Positions 20,832 to 30,907 of a stretch of 64,000 nt of DNA are shown here, in pieces. The DNA lies in NCBI GenBank assembly GCA_038867615.1, contig JAWBYA010000001.1:544001-608000 (forward strand). The letters run 5' to 3'. The notes beneath the pieces are model-generated. The model searched no databases, was not told the origin of the DNA, and saw nothing but the letters and a program-made list of their open reading frames with translations. The translations under genes and the position numbers were made by a program. This DNA comes from Sulfolobales archaeon (GTDB lineage Archaea > Thermoproteota > Thermoprotei_A > Sulfolobales > AG1). Each line of letters starts with the position of its first letter. Position 1 is the stretch's first letter.

Positions 20832-22592
20832 TCACCTGGCTAGATGTATTGACGGTATATCCCAGTATCCATAGGCTTTTGTACCACTATACGGGAACCT
20901 GGTCTCGACAGGTATCTCTAGCACCGATGCAACCTCTAGTGAGAGGAGCTTTCTAACCCCCTGCCTAACCTCCTCCGGGCTTGCTGCCTTCACATACTCA
21001 GCCCCATAGGCCTTGGCTATCTTCTCGAAATCTATCAAGTATTTCTCGCCGCTCTTCCTCCTAAGCTCTGTTGTGAATATCCTCTCCTTGAAGCTCCTTA
21101 TCTGGAGATCCCTTATCGATACCCAGCCGTAGTTGTTGAGCACTATGACGAGGATCGGGATCTCGTATTGGATCGCTGTTGATAGCTCTACGTTGTTCAT
21201 GAGGAAAGATCCGTCTCCCTCTATCGCGACAACCCTTGTCTTGGGCCTTGCAAGCTTAGCACCCATTGCTGCTGGTAGTGCGAAACCCATTGTTGAGAAG
21301 CCCCCGGAGCTTATGAATGTCCCGGGGTGGTAGGCTATCCATTGTTGTGAGAATATCTCCTGGGGTAGTCCTGCTGAGAGGGTTATTATGGCATCCCTCG
21401 GGATCTCTTCCCTCAGGATCTTCACCATATTTGGTATCCCCATAGGAGCCTTGGATCTCAGATCCTCTATCTCTGAGAGCCATTTCTCCTTCAGCTCCTT
21501 GAACCTTCTATACCACTCACTCTCCCTCCAGTTCCTCCTAACACCTATCTCGACAAGAGCCCTGTATAGCTGTTCCAGTGCTGCCTTTGCATCGGCTACT
21601 ATACCTATCTCTACCGGGTAGTTCTTCCCTATCTCGTGGGGATCTATATCTATATGTATGAGCTTTGTTGGGGGTATGTTGAATGTAACCCCCCTCACAT
21701 AGGAGCTCGTCGTCTCATCACTGAAAGTAACCCCCACGGCTAGGAGGACATCGGCTTCCTTAGCAAGCTCGTTTGCAACCAGGCTCCCAATATTTCCTGG
21801 GTGGAATGCGTATAGCTCGTGATCCTCTGGGAAGCCTCCCTTAGCATCGCCTCTGAAGGAGCATACTACGGGGGCTCCTAGGAATTCCGCGACTCTGACT
21901 AGATCCTCTGTGGCTCCTGACATGACTACGCCTCCTCCTATCAGGATCAATGGTCTTTCGGCTTTTAGTAAGAGCTCTGCAGCCCTTTTTATTAGAACGG
22001 GGTCTGGATATACCCTGCCCGATGGTATATATCTCCACGGATCCTCGATCTCTATCTCCATCTTATCAACCTGGACATCCATTGGGAGGTCTATGAGCAC
22101 AGGCCCTGGCCTCCCACCCACAGCCTCTTTGAGAGCGTTGGCTAGAACCCTTGGTAATTGTTTTGTGCTTGTAACAAGCCATGATCTTTTCACGAGATGG
22201 TTCATAGCATTCACATAGTCAACCCAGTTCTTCCTCTCAATCTCCTGGAAGATCCCCATGCCGAATAGATAAACCTGGATCTGCCCCGTAATGGCTATGA
22301 AGGATGAGGAATCAACATAGGCCGTGGCAAAAGCCGTTGCCAGGTTGGTAGCCCCAGGCCCTACAGAGGTTGTAACCACAGCAGGGATCCTTCTATTAGC
22401 CCTGAAATACCCGTCAGCCATATGCCCGCCCCACTGCTCATGCTTAACAGCTATTACCTCTACATCTGGCGATAGATCCTTGAGAGCGTCGAATATATTC
22501 ACATTACCATGCCCAGGGATCCCGAAGACATACCTAATCCCCGCCTTTCTGATAAACTGAGCAACTATTTCAGCACCTGAGTAGATAGGCAT
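20832..22592 (-). CDS. iolD: TPP-dependent enzyme, IolD-like (trihydroxycyclohexane-1,2-dione hydrolase)
   Basis: FGIPGHGNV, TTSVGPGATN and GDGSFLM...NN TPP motif; lies between iolC and iolB. Confidence 0.7.
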   Translation of the reverse strand: MPIYSGAEIVAQFIRKAGIRYVFGIPGHGNVNIFDALKDLSPDVEVIAVKHEQWGGHMADGYFRANRRIPAVVTTSVGPGATNLATAFATAYVDSSSFIAITGQIQVYLFGMGIFQEIERKNWVDYVNAMNHLVKRSWLVTSTKQLPRVLANALKEAVGGRPGPVLIDLPMDVQVDKMEIEIEDPWRYIPSGRVYPDPVLIKRAAELLLKAERPLILIGGGVVMSGATEDLVRVAEFLGAPVVCSFRGDAKGGFPEDHELYAFHPGNIGSLVANELAKEADVLLAVGVTFSDETTSSYVRGVTFNIPPTKLIHIDIDPHEIGKNYPVEIGIVADAKAALEQLYRALVEIGVRRNWRESEWYRRFKELKEKWLSEIEDLRSKAPMGIPNMVKILREEIPRDAIITLSAGLPQEIFSQQWIAYHPGTFISSGGFSTMGFALPAAMGAKLARPKTRVVAIEGDGSFLMNNVELSTAIQYEIPILVIVLNNYGWVSIRDLQIRSFKERIFTTELRRKSGEKYLIDFEKIAKAYGAEYVKAASPEEVRQGVRKLLSLEVASVLEIPVETRFPYSGTKAYGYWDIPSIHLAR

Positions 22593-22689
22593 AAGAATCC
22601 CAATTATATCTTGATGGAGAGTTAATAGCTAGCCCTTCTAAGCATTTCACATACTTTTAGCCTGGGAATATAGAATATGGGGGGAAGCC

Positions 22690-23421
22690 GTGCTTCTCAG
22701 AAACCCGAAGGTATATGATAGGCTACTACATATATTTGATTACAGGGGTTTCTCCCTCTACACCTATAGGGCTAGTAAGCGTGCTGAGCTAGTGCTAGAG
22801 CCTCTGGAGGGGAGGGAGAGGATCGTGGCAAGCCTTGGGGCTTGGTTGAGGGTTAATGGTGAAACCCTTGGTGAGAGGGATATTGCCTATATACCCATGG
22901 GTGCTAGGGCTGGGGTTGAGGTTGATGCTGGGTCCGTTGTATATATCGCGGAATCCATGGCTGTGAATCGCTATCAATTCTATGTGAAGAGGTTCCGGCA
23001 GAGCGATTCCTACGATGTCGGGGTTGAGCCTTATAGGAGGAGGGTCTATGTTACCATAGGTGAGAAGGATCCTGCTGATAGCATTATAGCAGGATATGTC
23101 GAGGGCGAGAAGGGTAACTGGACTAGCTATCCTCCCCACAGACATGATGAGAAGCCCGAGGCATATATATTCTTCGGCATGGGGGATGGTTTTGGCGTGC
23201 AGCTACTAATGGATGAGAGTGGGGAGTACGCATATGTTGTTAGGGATTACGATGTTGTCCTCATACCGAGGGGTTATCACCCTAACGTGTGCACATCGCT
23301 TGCTGGGTGTAGGTATCTATGGATAATATCAGCCCCGATAGGTAAGAGGGATCTCTCCGTAACTATACACCCGGCTTTTAGGGATATACCGATGGGTGGG
23401 TCTCATCTTAAGGTTAAATAG
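22690..23421 (+). CDS. iolB: 5-deoxy-glucuronate isomerase (IolB/KduI family)
   Basis: GNWTSYPPHRHD, GFGVQ and VLIPRGYHP signature motifs. Confidence 0.88.
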   Translation: MLLRNPKVYDRLLHIFDYRGFSLYTYRASKRAELVLEPLEGRERIVASLGAWLRVNGETLGERDIAYIPMGARAGVEVDAGSVVYIAESMAVNRYQFYVKRFRQSDSYDVGVEPYRRRVYVTIGEKDPADSIIAGYVEGEKGNWTSYPPHRHDEKPEAYIFFGMGDGFGVQLLMDESGEYAYVVRDYDVVLIPRGYHPNVCTSLAGCRYLWIISAPIGKRDLSVTIHPAFRDIPMGGSHLKVK

Positions 23422-23423
23422 AT

Positions 23424-24185
23424 CTATAGATCCTCCAAGATCTTTCTCACCCTCTCAACACCGAGCCTTACAGCGCTATAGGGATCCATGGATCCCAGGG
23501 CCTCTATCTCGAGCATAAGGTATCCTTTATAGCCATAGAGATCCAGCATCTTTAGAAAGCCCTTGAAGTCGATGATACCCTCGCCAACGTTTACAAAATC
23601 CCTCTTAAACCTAACACTGCTCTTCGAAACCATAGCCCTGAGATCTTTTAGATGAACCAGAGCTATCCTGTCCCGGTATAGTTTCAAAACCTCCTCGAGA
23701 TCTATGTTAGCCGCGACCGCGTGTGCGGTATCTAAACATAGTGCTAGATCCCTGGCTTTGGTCAGGATCCTTGAGAGATCCTCGAGATCATCGTAACAGG
23801 TTCTAAGATGGTTGTGGAGAGCCACAGTAATCCCCGAGGATCTCGCCCTAAAGACATACTCCTCGAGAATCGTGTCAGCCTTCGCGCAATCCCTCTCTCT
23901 ACTAACAACCCAGTAGATCTTCGCACCCGAGCCAACGCCCCACTCTATCGATGGCTCTTTTAGATTTGAATAGGAGCCTATGTTCTCCAAACCAACCTCC
24001 CCAAGGATCCTGGCCAGGGCTTCTGGCCTCATCCTAAGCTCTCTCGGTAAAAGCCTATACTCGATCCCAACCCCCTCAACCCCTACCTCTGCTAGGAACT
24101 TAGCGACTCTTCTAAAATCATCCACACCTTTTAGAAAACCCCAGGCTATGGTTCCAACAGCTAGTCTGAAGCTCTTACCCATCAC
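23424..24185 (-). CDS. Sugar phosphate isomerase/epimerase TIM barrel, probable inosose dehydratase (IolE-like)
   Basis: LHNH, LCLDTAH, VHLKD, GEGIIDF and GYLMLE motifs; adjacent to iolB. Confidence 0.72.
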   Translation of the reverse strand: MMGKSFRLAVGTIAWGFLKGVDDFRRVAKFLAEVGVEGVGIEYRLLPRELRMRPEALARILGEVGLENIGSYSNLKEPSIEWGVGSGAKIYWVVSRERDCAKADTILEEYVFRARSSGITVALHNHLRTCYDDLEDLSRILTKARDLALCLDTAHAVAANIDLEEVLKLYRDRIALVHLKDLRAMVSKSSVRFKRDFVNVGEGIIDFKGFLKMLDLYGYKGYLMLEIEALGSMDPYSAVRLGVERVRKILEDL

Positions 24186-24255
24186 AAGCCCAGCACTAGT
24201 TATTGGAGCGACTAATTATGCTTAACTATGGAACGACATAGATTAGCCGTAGCTA

Positions 24256-24339
24256 GCCGTAGCCAGCTGTTTCTGTTTTTGTGATGGCTTGTGTGGATTG
24301 ATATTAATTCGTGGTTCTGTGGGACATAGTATAAGCTCT
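24256..24339 (+). repeat. Dispersed intergenic element, copy A
   Basis: Aligns by eye at roughly 70-75% with 38968-39051 and with the reverse complement of 43771-43853; followed by GGGGTTTCCCC at 24415-24425. Confidence 0.8.
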
Positions 24340-24520
24340 ATGTATTTTACAATAGATCCAGGAGGAGTTTTCCATAGTTATTAATCGGAGCAATGCCGTG
24401 AGGGACTATGGGCTGGGGTTTCCCCGAACAGGTGGAGGCCGAGGATAAGGATCCCGATGAAAAAGAGCTCTGAGGCTTATGAACTCGGAGGAGGTGTGTT
24501 TTGTGTAAAAAGATCGACTG

Positions 24521-26026
24521 TTACGAAGATCGAACACCATAGTATTCCTCTATGAATTCCTTAGGCGGGGGCGGTGTTGCTAGCGAAACAATGATTAGTG
24601 CAGCCACGGCTAATAGGCTGGGTAGCGTCCCTTCCCATAAGCCGAAGGGGTTGTGGGGAGCCTCGGGCCATATGACGTAGGTAAAGAGTAGAAGTGATAT
24701 GAAGCCTACTAGATAGCTTGCGAGACCTCCGTATTTGTTGGCTCTGCGCCAGAATAGCATCACTATTGTGGGCCAAGCGATCACCGCATATGCAGGCCAG
24801 GCAAGCTCATAGCCTATTATAACCATCGGTGCTTCGGGGGCTAGAGCTACTAAGATGCTGAGTAGTGCGACGCCTATTATAACCAGGGTTGTTGCTATCC
24901 TCCTCTTGCGCTCAGATATCTTAATACCTATTCCTCTTTCTATCAGGTCTATATCGACTATGGATGAGACTAGGAGTAGCATAGAATCTATAGTGGATCT
25001 GGTTATGGCTATAAGACCTAGCAGGAGTAGCACTAGGAAGGGTCCCTGGCCAAAGAGATCCATAAACAGCGAAGGAACATATCCCTCTACAACCTCTACC
25101 TCGGGCAGGTTGGAACCGTAGTATGCAGCCAGGCTGAGCCCCAGTAGTAGGGGGGATACGAAGGCACCTATAAAGAACCCCGCGTTGGAACCCATACCGC
25201 CTATTAAGACACCTTTGTAATCCTTTGCAGCGAATAGCCTAACTACTAGGTGGGGTATGAAGAGCCATGAGAGCCCATAGAATATAAGCATGGTCCAGAA
25301 GTACTGGAAGGGCTGTGTCTTCTGAAATATTTCTGGGGCTATATCTGAAGTATATGCCTTCCAAGCCAGTTTATCAAAGCCTCCCCAGAAGATGAGTGCC
25401 GCGTAGATCATGGATATAAAAGCGATTATGAAGGTCACTCCAGCTATAATATCCGCATAGGCTACGGCTCTTAAGCCACCGGCACTTATATAAATAACTA
25501 TGAAGATGACATAGAGGAATAGAAACACATGGTATGGGATCTCGCCCCCCGTTGCGGCTGATAGCACTCCTGCCGCTGGTATGTATATCATGCCTACATA
25601 GATTATCGTGGCATAGACTATCATTATAGCTAGAAGTATCCTCAGGAATCTTTCGAACCCCCCAACCCTGTGGACTATTAAATCGGTTGGCGTTATGTAT
25701 CTATAGAGCTTACCCACTCTATAGATTCTCAAACCAACCATGAACCAGAGGGCGACAAAGCTTAGGTAGAATATCATCTCCATAACCCACCACTCAAACC
25801 CCTCACTAACTATGACAGAGGGCATGCCCACAAACTCCCATGCCTCCATATATGTAGCCATGTATGTAAACATCACAGTTATTGGTGCTAACATACCCCC
25901 TGCTACATAGAACTCGTGAAGACCTCTTCCAGTCCTCCTAGCCCCTATATAGCCTGCTATCAATGTGAAGCTGAAAAAGGCTACGAGGGTTGATAGCACG
26001 ACCAAGGACCAGGGGGAGAGGTTCAT
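24521..26026 (-). CDS. Sodium:solute symporter family protein (PanF/MctP-like)
   Basis: EFYVAGG, ATYMEAWEFVG, GGLRAVAYADI, STIDS and LFWRRANKYG motifs; about 13 TM. Confidence 0.88.
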   Translation of the reverse strand: MNLSPWSLVVLSTLVAFFSFTLIAGYIGARRTGRGLHEFYVAGGMLAPITVMFTYMATYMEAWEFVGMPSVIVSEGFEWWVMEMIFYLSFVALWFMVGLRIYRVGKLYRYITPTDLIVHRVGGFERFLRILLAIMIVYATIIYVGMIYIPAAGVLSAATGGEIPYHVFLFLYVIFIVIYISAGGLRAVAYADIIAGVTFIIAFISMIYAALIFWGGFDKLAWKAYTSDIAPEIFQKTQPFQYFWTMLIFYGLSWLFIPHLVVRLFAAKDYKGVLIGGMGSNAGFFIGAFVSPLLLGLSLAAYYGSNLPEVEVVEGYVPSLFMDLFGQGPFLVLLLLGLIAITRSTIDSMLLLVSSIVDIDLIERGIGIKISERKRRIATTLVIIGVALLSILVALAPEAPMVIIGYELAWPAYAVIAWPTIVMLFWRRANKYGGLASYLVGFISLLLFTYVIWPEAPHNPFGLWEGTLPSLLAVAALIIVSLATPPPPKEFIEEYYGVRSS

Positions 26027-26322
26027 TCCCTCCTCACCACCTCTTTAGAACCCATACCCTTAGCCCTCTTTGTTATCACGTAGTAGTACACGGTGAAGAG
26101 TACAAAGTTCATGACGATCCATGTTATGGCGATCATTAAAGCACCAGCAACAGGCTTCGGCAAACCCCAGAAGCTTTCCTCCGGTTCCCAGACAAGCATG
26201 TTCTCAGCTACATACCAGACCAGGAAGCTGGCAAACACTAGATAGACGAGCAGCAAGTATTCCCAACGCATTAAACCACTTGGTATAACATCTATGCCAG
26301 GCTGAGCGCCTGACCCGGCCAT
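26023..26322 (-). CDS. Small two-TM protein, probable accessory subunit of the symporter
   Basis: Two hydrophobic helices around FWGLP; stop codon overlaps the symporter start. Confidence 0.7.
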   Translation of the reverse strand: MAGSGAQPGIDVIPSGLMRWEYLLLVYLVFASFLVWYVAENMLVWEPEESFWGLPKPVAGALMIAITWIVMNFVLFTVYYYVITKRAKGMGSKEVVRRE

Positions 26323-26556
26323 AATATTACCTCGAAAAAAGTTGACATTAACTACTTTATAAATTTATATTCATAGACTTAAAATAATGTTTAAATAGGT
26401 AAACAACGTGGACATGGTGTCTCGGTAGAAGAGGGGGTGGATAATTAATGCCCGGTGTATGTGTTATTAGCAGCGTAATAGGTTTATCCTATGTTCATAT
26501 AATTATTAGTTGCGTTTAAATACCCTTTATACTGTGGACTACTTGGTGTACACCCC

Positions 26557-28344
26557 ATGATTTATGTAGGACAAACAATACTACGTGTTAATCTATCTGA
26601 TGATAGGATCGAGGAGGAGGAGCTACCCGATTCCCTTGTTGAGAAGTTCGTCGGTGGTAAGGGCTTAGCCACGTATTTCATGTATAGAGAGATTAAGCCG
26701 GGAGTAGATCCATTCTCGCCTGAGAACAAGTTCTATGTGTTTGGAGGCCCTCTGGCGCTTATCTATCCCACATTTACCAGGACAGCAATTGCTTCTAAAT
26801 CCCCACTAACAGGTCTATACTGCGACAGCTATGCCGGCGGCTCTTTCGCCATCGAGTTGAGGAGAGCCGGCTATGTAGGGATAGTTGTTGAGGGTAGGAG
26901 CGATAAGATGAAGTGTTTGAAGATAACCAAAGAGGAAAAGAGGCTTGTTGAGTGCGAGCATCTCAGGGGTAGGACTACCTATGAGGTCGGCGAGATCTTT
27001 AGAAACTACTCGGTGCTCACTATAGGCCCTGCTGGCGAGAATCTGGTGAGGTTTGCCAATGTAGCTATAGATATGAGGAAAAACCCCACCTCCAGGCCGG
27101 GAGTGGCTGGGCGTGGAGGGCTCGGTGCGGTTATGGGTTCTAAGAACTTAAAGGCTATAATACTGAGGGGCTGGCTAAAACCCGACGAGGTATCCAAGGG
27201 GGTTGATAGGAGCTTGCAGAAAGAACTGACCGATAGATATATAAAGATACTGAAGGAAGACGTGGTTCCCGGGATAGGTATTGGTGGCAACCTACCGGTG
27301 TTCAGGGTCTCTGCTATGACGAAGATCCTCCCGGTCAAGAACTTCCAAGCAGGAACCCATAAGGGGTGGGAGGAGTTAACGGATGATGCGTGGGGCGGGG
27401 TCACTGTTAACAGGATAACATGCCCCACATGTCCCCTCAGATGCGGAACCACGGTGTCGGAGAACAGATCCGTGACTGAGAGGATAGAGTACGAGACAGT
27501 AGCTATGAATGGATCCAACTTAATGATAGTTAGCCGCAAAGCATTGATAGAGATAAACAATACGCTGAACGCTCTGGGGATGGATACAATAACCATGGGC
27601 AATATAGCTGGATACCTTATGGAGCTAAGCGAGCGGGGGCTCTTAAAAGACTACAAGATCTCCTGGGGCGATGTAGAGGGCTACCTAAAACTGGTATACG
27701 ACGTAGCATATAGGAGAGGAATAGGAGACCTGCTAGCCGAAGGCCTGGCTAGAGCTTCTAAAGCACTCAATGCCGAGGAATACGCTGTACATACCAAAAA
27801 GCTAGAGATACCGGCATACGACCCAAGAAGGGTTATAGGAATGGCGCTGGCTTACGCGACAGCCGATAGAGGTGGAGATCACTTGAGAGCATGGACAGTA
27901 GCCATCGAGGTGACAACCAAGCTAACCATGGAGGAGCTCGCCAACCTGGTTAAATACCTCCAGGATAGGAACGCTGCCCTCTGGACTCTGATAGCGTGTG
28001 ACAATATACCAGGGAATTCCACAAGGCCTCCAGACGAGATGATCAAGGTATATATAGAGATGCTCAACACCATCGGATTCAACTACGACGAGAAGAGCTT
28101 TCTAGAGCTGGGTGAGAGGATCTATAACCTGTCAAGGCTATTCAACGTCAGAGAAGGCGTTGGGAGGAAGGACGACTCTCTACCGCCGAGATTCCACAAG
28201 CCTAGAGAAGACACGGGGTGGGTTATAACCAGAGAGGATTTCGAGAAAATGCTCGACATGTATTACAGCAAAAGAGGATGGGACTCCAACGGAGCCCCAC
28301 TAAGAGAAACCCTAGACAGGCTAGGGCTTGCAGACATAGCTTAG
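26557..28344 (+). CDS. aor: Aldehyde ferredoxin oxidoreductase family protein (tungsten)
   Basis: KSPLTG, IGPAGENLV, AGRGGLGAVMGSKNLKAI, CPTCPLRC, EYET and YDPR motifs. Confidence 0.93.
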   Translation: MIYVGQTILRVNLSDDRIEEEELPDSLVEKFVGGKGLATYFMYREIKPGVDPFSPENKFYVFGGPLALIYPTFTRTAIASKSPLTGLYCDSYAGGSFAIELRRAGYVGIVVEGRSDKMKCLKITKEEKRLVECEHLRGRTTYEVGEIFRNYSVLTIGPAGENLVRFANVAIDMRKNPTSRPGVAGRGGLGAVMGSKNLKAIILRGWLKPDEVSKGVDRSLQKELTDRYIKILKEDVVPGIGIGGNLPVFRVSAMTKILPVKNFQAGTHKGWEELTDDAWGGVTVNRITCPTCPLRCGTTVSENRSVTERIEYETVAMNGSNLMIVSRKALIEINNTLNALGMDTITMGNIAGYLMELSERGLLKDYKISWGDVEGYLKLVYDVAYRRGIGDLLAEGLARASKALNAEEYAVHTKKLEIPAYDPRRVIGMALAYATADRGGDHLRAWTVAIEVTTKLTMEELANLVKYLQDRNAALWTLIACDNIPGNSTRPPDEMIKVYIEMLNTIGFNYDEKSFLELGERIYNLSRLFNVREGVGRKDDSLPPRFHKPREDTGWVITREDFEKMLDMYYSKRGWDSNGAPLRETLDRLGLADIA

Positions 28345-28450
28345 CTATCTTAGCTATAATCCGATAAGGCATAACGCCCTGTTAGGCAATGAGCTGCAGA
28401 GTGATCCCGTACATTATAGCTTTATTATATATGTTTAAGTAAGCCCTTGA

Positions 28451-29641
28451 TCAAGGGTTTTTCAGCTTCGAAGCAATGATCTCGATGGCTCTCCACAGCC
28501 TCTCGCCAGGCTCCCATGCAAAGCTAAACCTAACCCATTTCTCGCCACCGCTTCCAAACAGCATTCCAGGGACTGCTATGACGCCGCTGTCTATCGCTAT
28601 TTTCCTAACCCACTCATCCGAGCCTGTTTCGAGGTATTTCGAGAGATCAGCGTATATAAATATACCTGCGCCTGGTTTTCTGAACCTGGCGTTTGGTAAT
28701 AGCTCTTCGAGTGCTTTTGAGATGATATCTCTCCTAGATCTATACTCCTCGATAACTTTTGGGAGGAATTTCTCTCTGTATCTGCCTCTCAGGTATTCTA
28801 GGACAAGGATCTGTGAGGGTACTGGGGCGTTATAGCTTGTAGCCTCCCTAGCGTGTGCAATAGCATTGGCTAGATCTTCGTTCGAGGCTATGAATCCCAG
28901 CCTCCACCCAGGGATCCCTGGATCCTTACTGAAAGTCCCCACAGTGATCACATACTCTTCGCAGTAATTCTCGGGCCACTCCCTCGAAGCCTCGTAATAG
29001 AGTGTTGAGTATGCAACATCGTGGATCAGATATACCCTCTTATCGCAAGCCAGATCTGCGAGGAGCCTGGCCTCATCCCTATCCAGAGTCCTCCCGGTAG
29101 GGTTATCCGGGTTAGCCACTATAACAGCTCTAACCTTGGAGAAGAGATCAGCCCAAGAATCGTGGGTAACGAATAGATCTGGGTAGGAGGAGATCTCGAC
29201 AACCCTATTGCCCAGAAGCCCCAGGATAGAGTAGAAGTGGAAATAGGCAGGAGTAACGATACCCACAGGATCCCCAGGATCTGTCACAGAAGCTATGCTA
29301 GCGAAAAGACCCTCGATACCGCCTGTTGTTATAACAACACCCCCCAAGGGGTTAGGCTTAACCCTCCCAAGAGAAGCCAGATCCTCGGCAACAGCCTCCC
29401 TAAGCTCGGGAATCCCTCTAGGCGAGGTATAGGTGTAGAGAGAAATATCCCCACACCTCTCAGCGAGAATCCTTGAGAGGCGGTCGATAACCTCTCTCGG
29501 AGGAGGAATCCCGGGCTGCCCAACATGGAGGCTATAATAATCCCTACCAGATCTCTTTAACATGGAAACCAGATCCTGGATCCACATGGTGGGGCTGGGC
29601 ATAATACTATAAACCCTGTGGGAGATCCCAGCAACCATCAA
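28451..29641 (-). CDS. PLP-dependent aminotransferase class I/II
   Basis: VGQP, GIPELREA, NPDNPTG, DVAY and TFSKDPGIPGWRLG motifs. Confidence 0.9.
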   Translation of the reverse strand: MMVAGISHRVYSIMPSPTMWIQDLVSMLKRSGRDYYSLHVGQPGIPPPREVIDRLSRILAERCGDISLYTYTSPRGIPELREAVAEDLASLGRVKPNPLGGVVITTGGIEGLFASIASVTDPGDPVGIVTPAYFHFYSILGLLGNRVVEISSYPDLFVTHDSWADLFSKVRAVIVANPDNPTGRTLDRDEARLLADLACDKRVYLIHDVAYSTLYYEASREWPENYCEEYVITVGTFSKDPGIPGWRLGFIASNEDLANAIAHAREATSYNAPVPSQILVLEYLRGRYREKFLPKVIEEYRSRRDIISKALEELLPNARFRKPGAGIFIYADLSKYLETGSDEWVRKIAIDSGVIAVPGMLFGSGGEKWVRFSFAWEPGERLWRAIEIIASKLKNP

Positions 29642-29757
29642 CCCCCCACCCCCTTACAGTAAACCATAATAAATCGCCCTAATAAGAAATAACCCTAGCG
29701 CTAGGGAGATCTATTACTCGGAGATAAAGGGATCGAGATGCGGTTCTATAGTAATAT

Positions 29758-30696
29758 TTACTCTCTGTACCGGTCTGCCATAGAGCTAAGGGTGTTGGCT
29801 AGGGTTCTCATTAGTGATATCTCTATAAGTCCTTCCAGGTTGTTTAGTATCGATGCTATCTCTGCATATACTTGTGAGTGCTCCTCGGATTTCTTCATAT
29901 CTTCCTGAAGGATCTTTCTAAGCTCCTGTATATCTTCATACCTACCACTCATCTCCTCCTCGCCGCATTTGTTCTTTATGCAGTGGATTATGGTTAGTAG
30001 GACGCTTGATATCTCGTTGACGAGCTGGGGGGTCTCGCCTGGCACTATTCCGGCCTCCTCTATGCGCCATGCTATCCTGTCAAAGGAGTCGACAAGATCC
30101 TCTGAGATCTTTAATAGCGATATGCTCAACAGCATCCCGATAGTCTTGTCAATCCCGAGCTCCCTCTCGATATTCCTGAGAAGCTCCACCGCACCTGCTC
30201 TGTATGATAGATAGTAAAGGAGATCCATTTTACCCTCAATCTCATGGATCTTTCTAGCAGTATTGCTATCAAGGCTGGCAATATATCTAGCAAGATAGAG
30301 ACAAGCATTCTCTAGATATCTAAGCACCAGGAAAACAAGATCCTCGTGCTCCAGAACCTCCCCCCTATATAGAGGTGCAAGTATCCTGATCAGATCTGGA
30401 TCGCTATGAAGACCACCACCCGGGATCGTTTCCGGAGCACCTAGAGCCAAGGCCATGAGCCTCTCTTTAGCAGCAAGCCTTTCATCGGTAACACCATGCT
30501 GGGGCCTGGCAAAAACACCGGCTAAAACCGGGATCTTTGATCCCATGGGTAGAAGCGTGATAGAACCATCATTATTAAGCCTAAGCATAACCCTATCACC
30601 AGTCCTAACGCCCAGCATAGAAACCCACGCTTTTGGGAGAACAACGGCTAGAGATCTCTTGCCCACGGATACAACATGCCTCATAGCGACATACAT
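29758..30696 (-). CDS. AbrB-domain / PhoU-like transcriptional regulator
   Basis: N-terminal VGKRSLAVVLPKAWV...GDRV AbrB domain followed by a helical PhoU-like region. Confidence 0.75.
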   Translation of the reverse strand: MYVAMRHVVSVGKRSLAVVLPKAWVSMLGVRTGDRVMLRLNNDGSITLLPMGSKIPVLAGVFARPQHGVTDERLAAKERLMALALGAPETIPGGGLHSDPDLIRILAPLYRGEVLEHEDLVFLVLRYLENACLYLARYIASLDSNTARKIHEIEGKMDLLYYLSYRAGAVELLRNIERELGIDKTIGMLLSISLLKISEDLVDSFDRIAWRIEEAGIVPGETPQLVNEISSVLLTIIHCIKNKCGEEEMSGRYEDIQELRKILQEDMKKSEEHSQVYAEIASILNNLEGLIEISLMRTLANTLSSMADRYRE

Positions 30697-30907
30697 ATGA
30701 GTCCCTATACATAGTATGTAAAAGACCTAATCTATAGCCTATCCATCAGACCTATGGCTTATTGCAGAATCGATCATGTCTCTTATGGTAGCCAACGCGC
30801 TAGCCATAGATAGCTGCATCGAGGCTCGTATAAACACAGCATAAATAATATAAATCTATACGTAACGGGAGGTATAAAAAGAGGCTTGGGCAACATATCT
30901 GGGCGAG

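Noticed and set aside
20832-22592. Calling the TPP enzyme acetolactate synthase (ilvB)
   Set aside because: GHGNV motif, position between iolC and iolB, and no ilvN/ilvC nearby favour an IolD-like role
24455-24495. Box C/D-like GATGA...CTGA...TATGA
   Set aside because: No terminal D box and a degenerate C box
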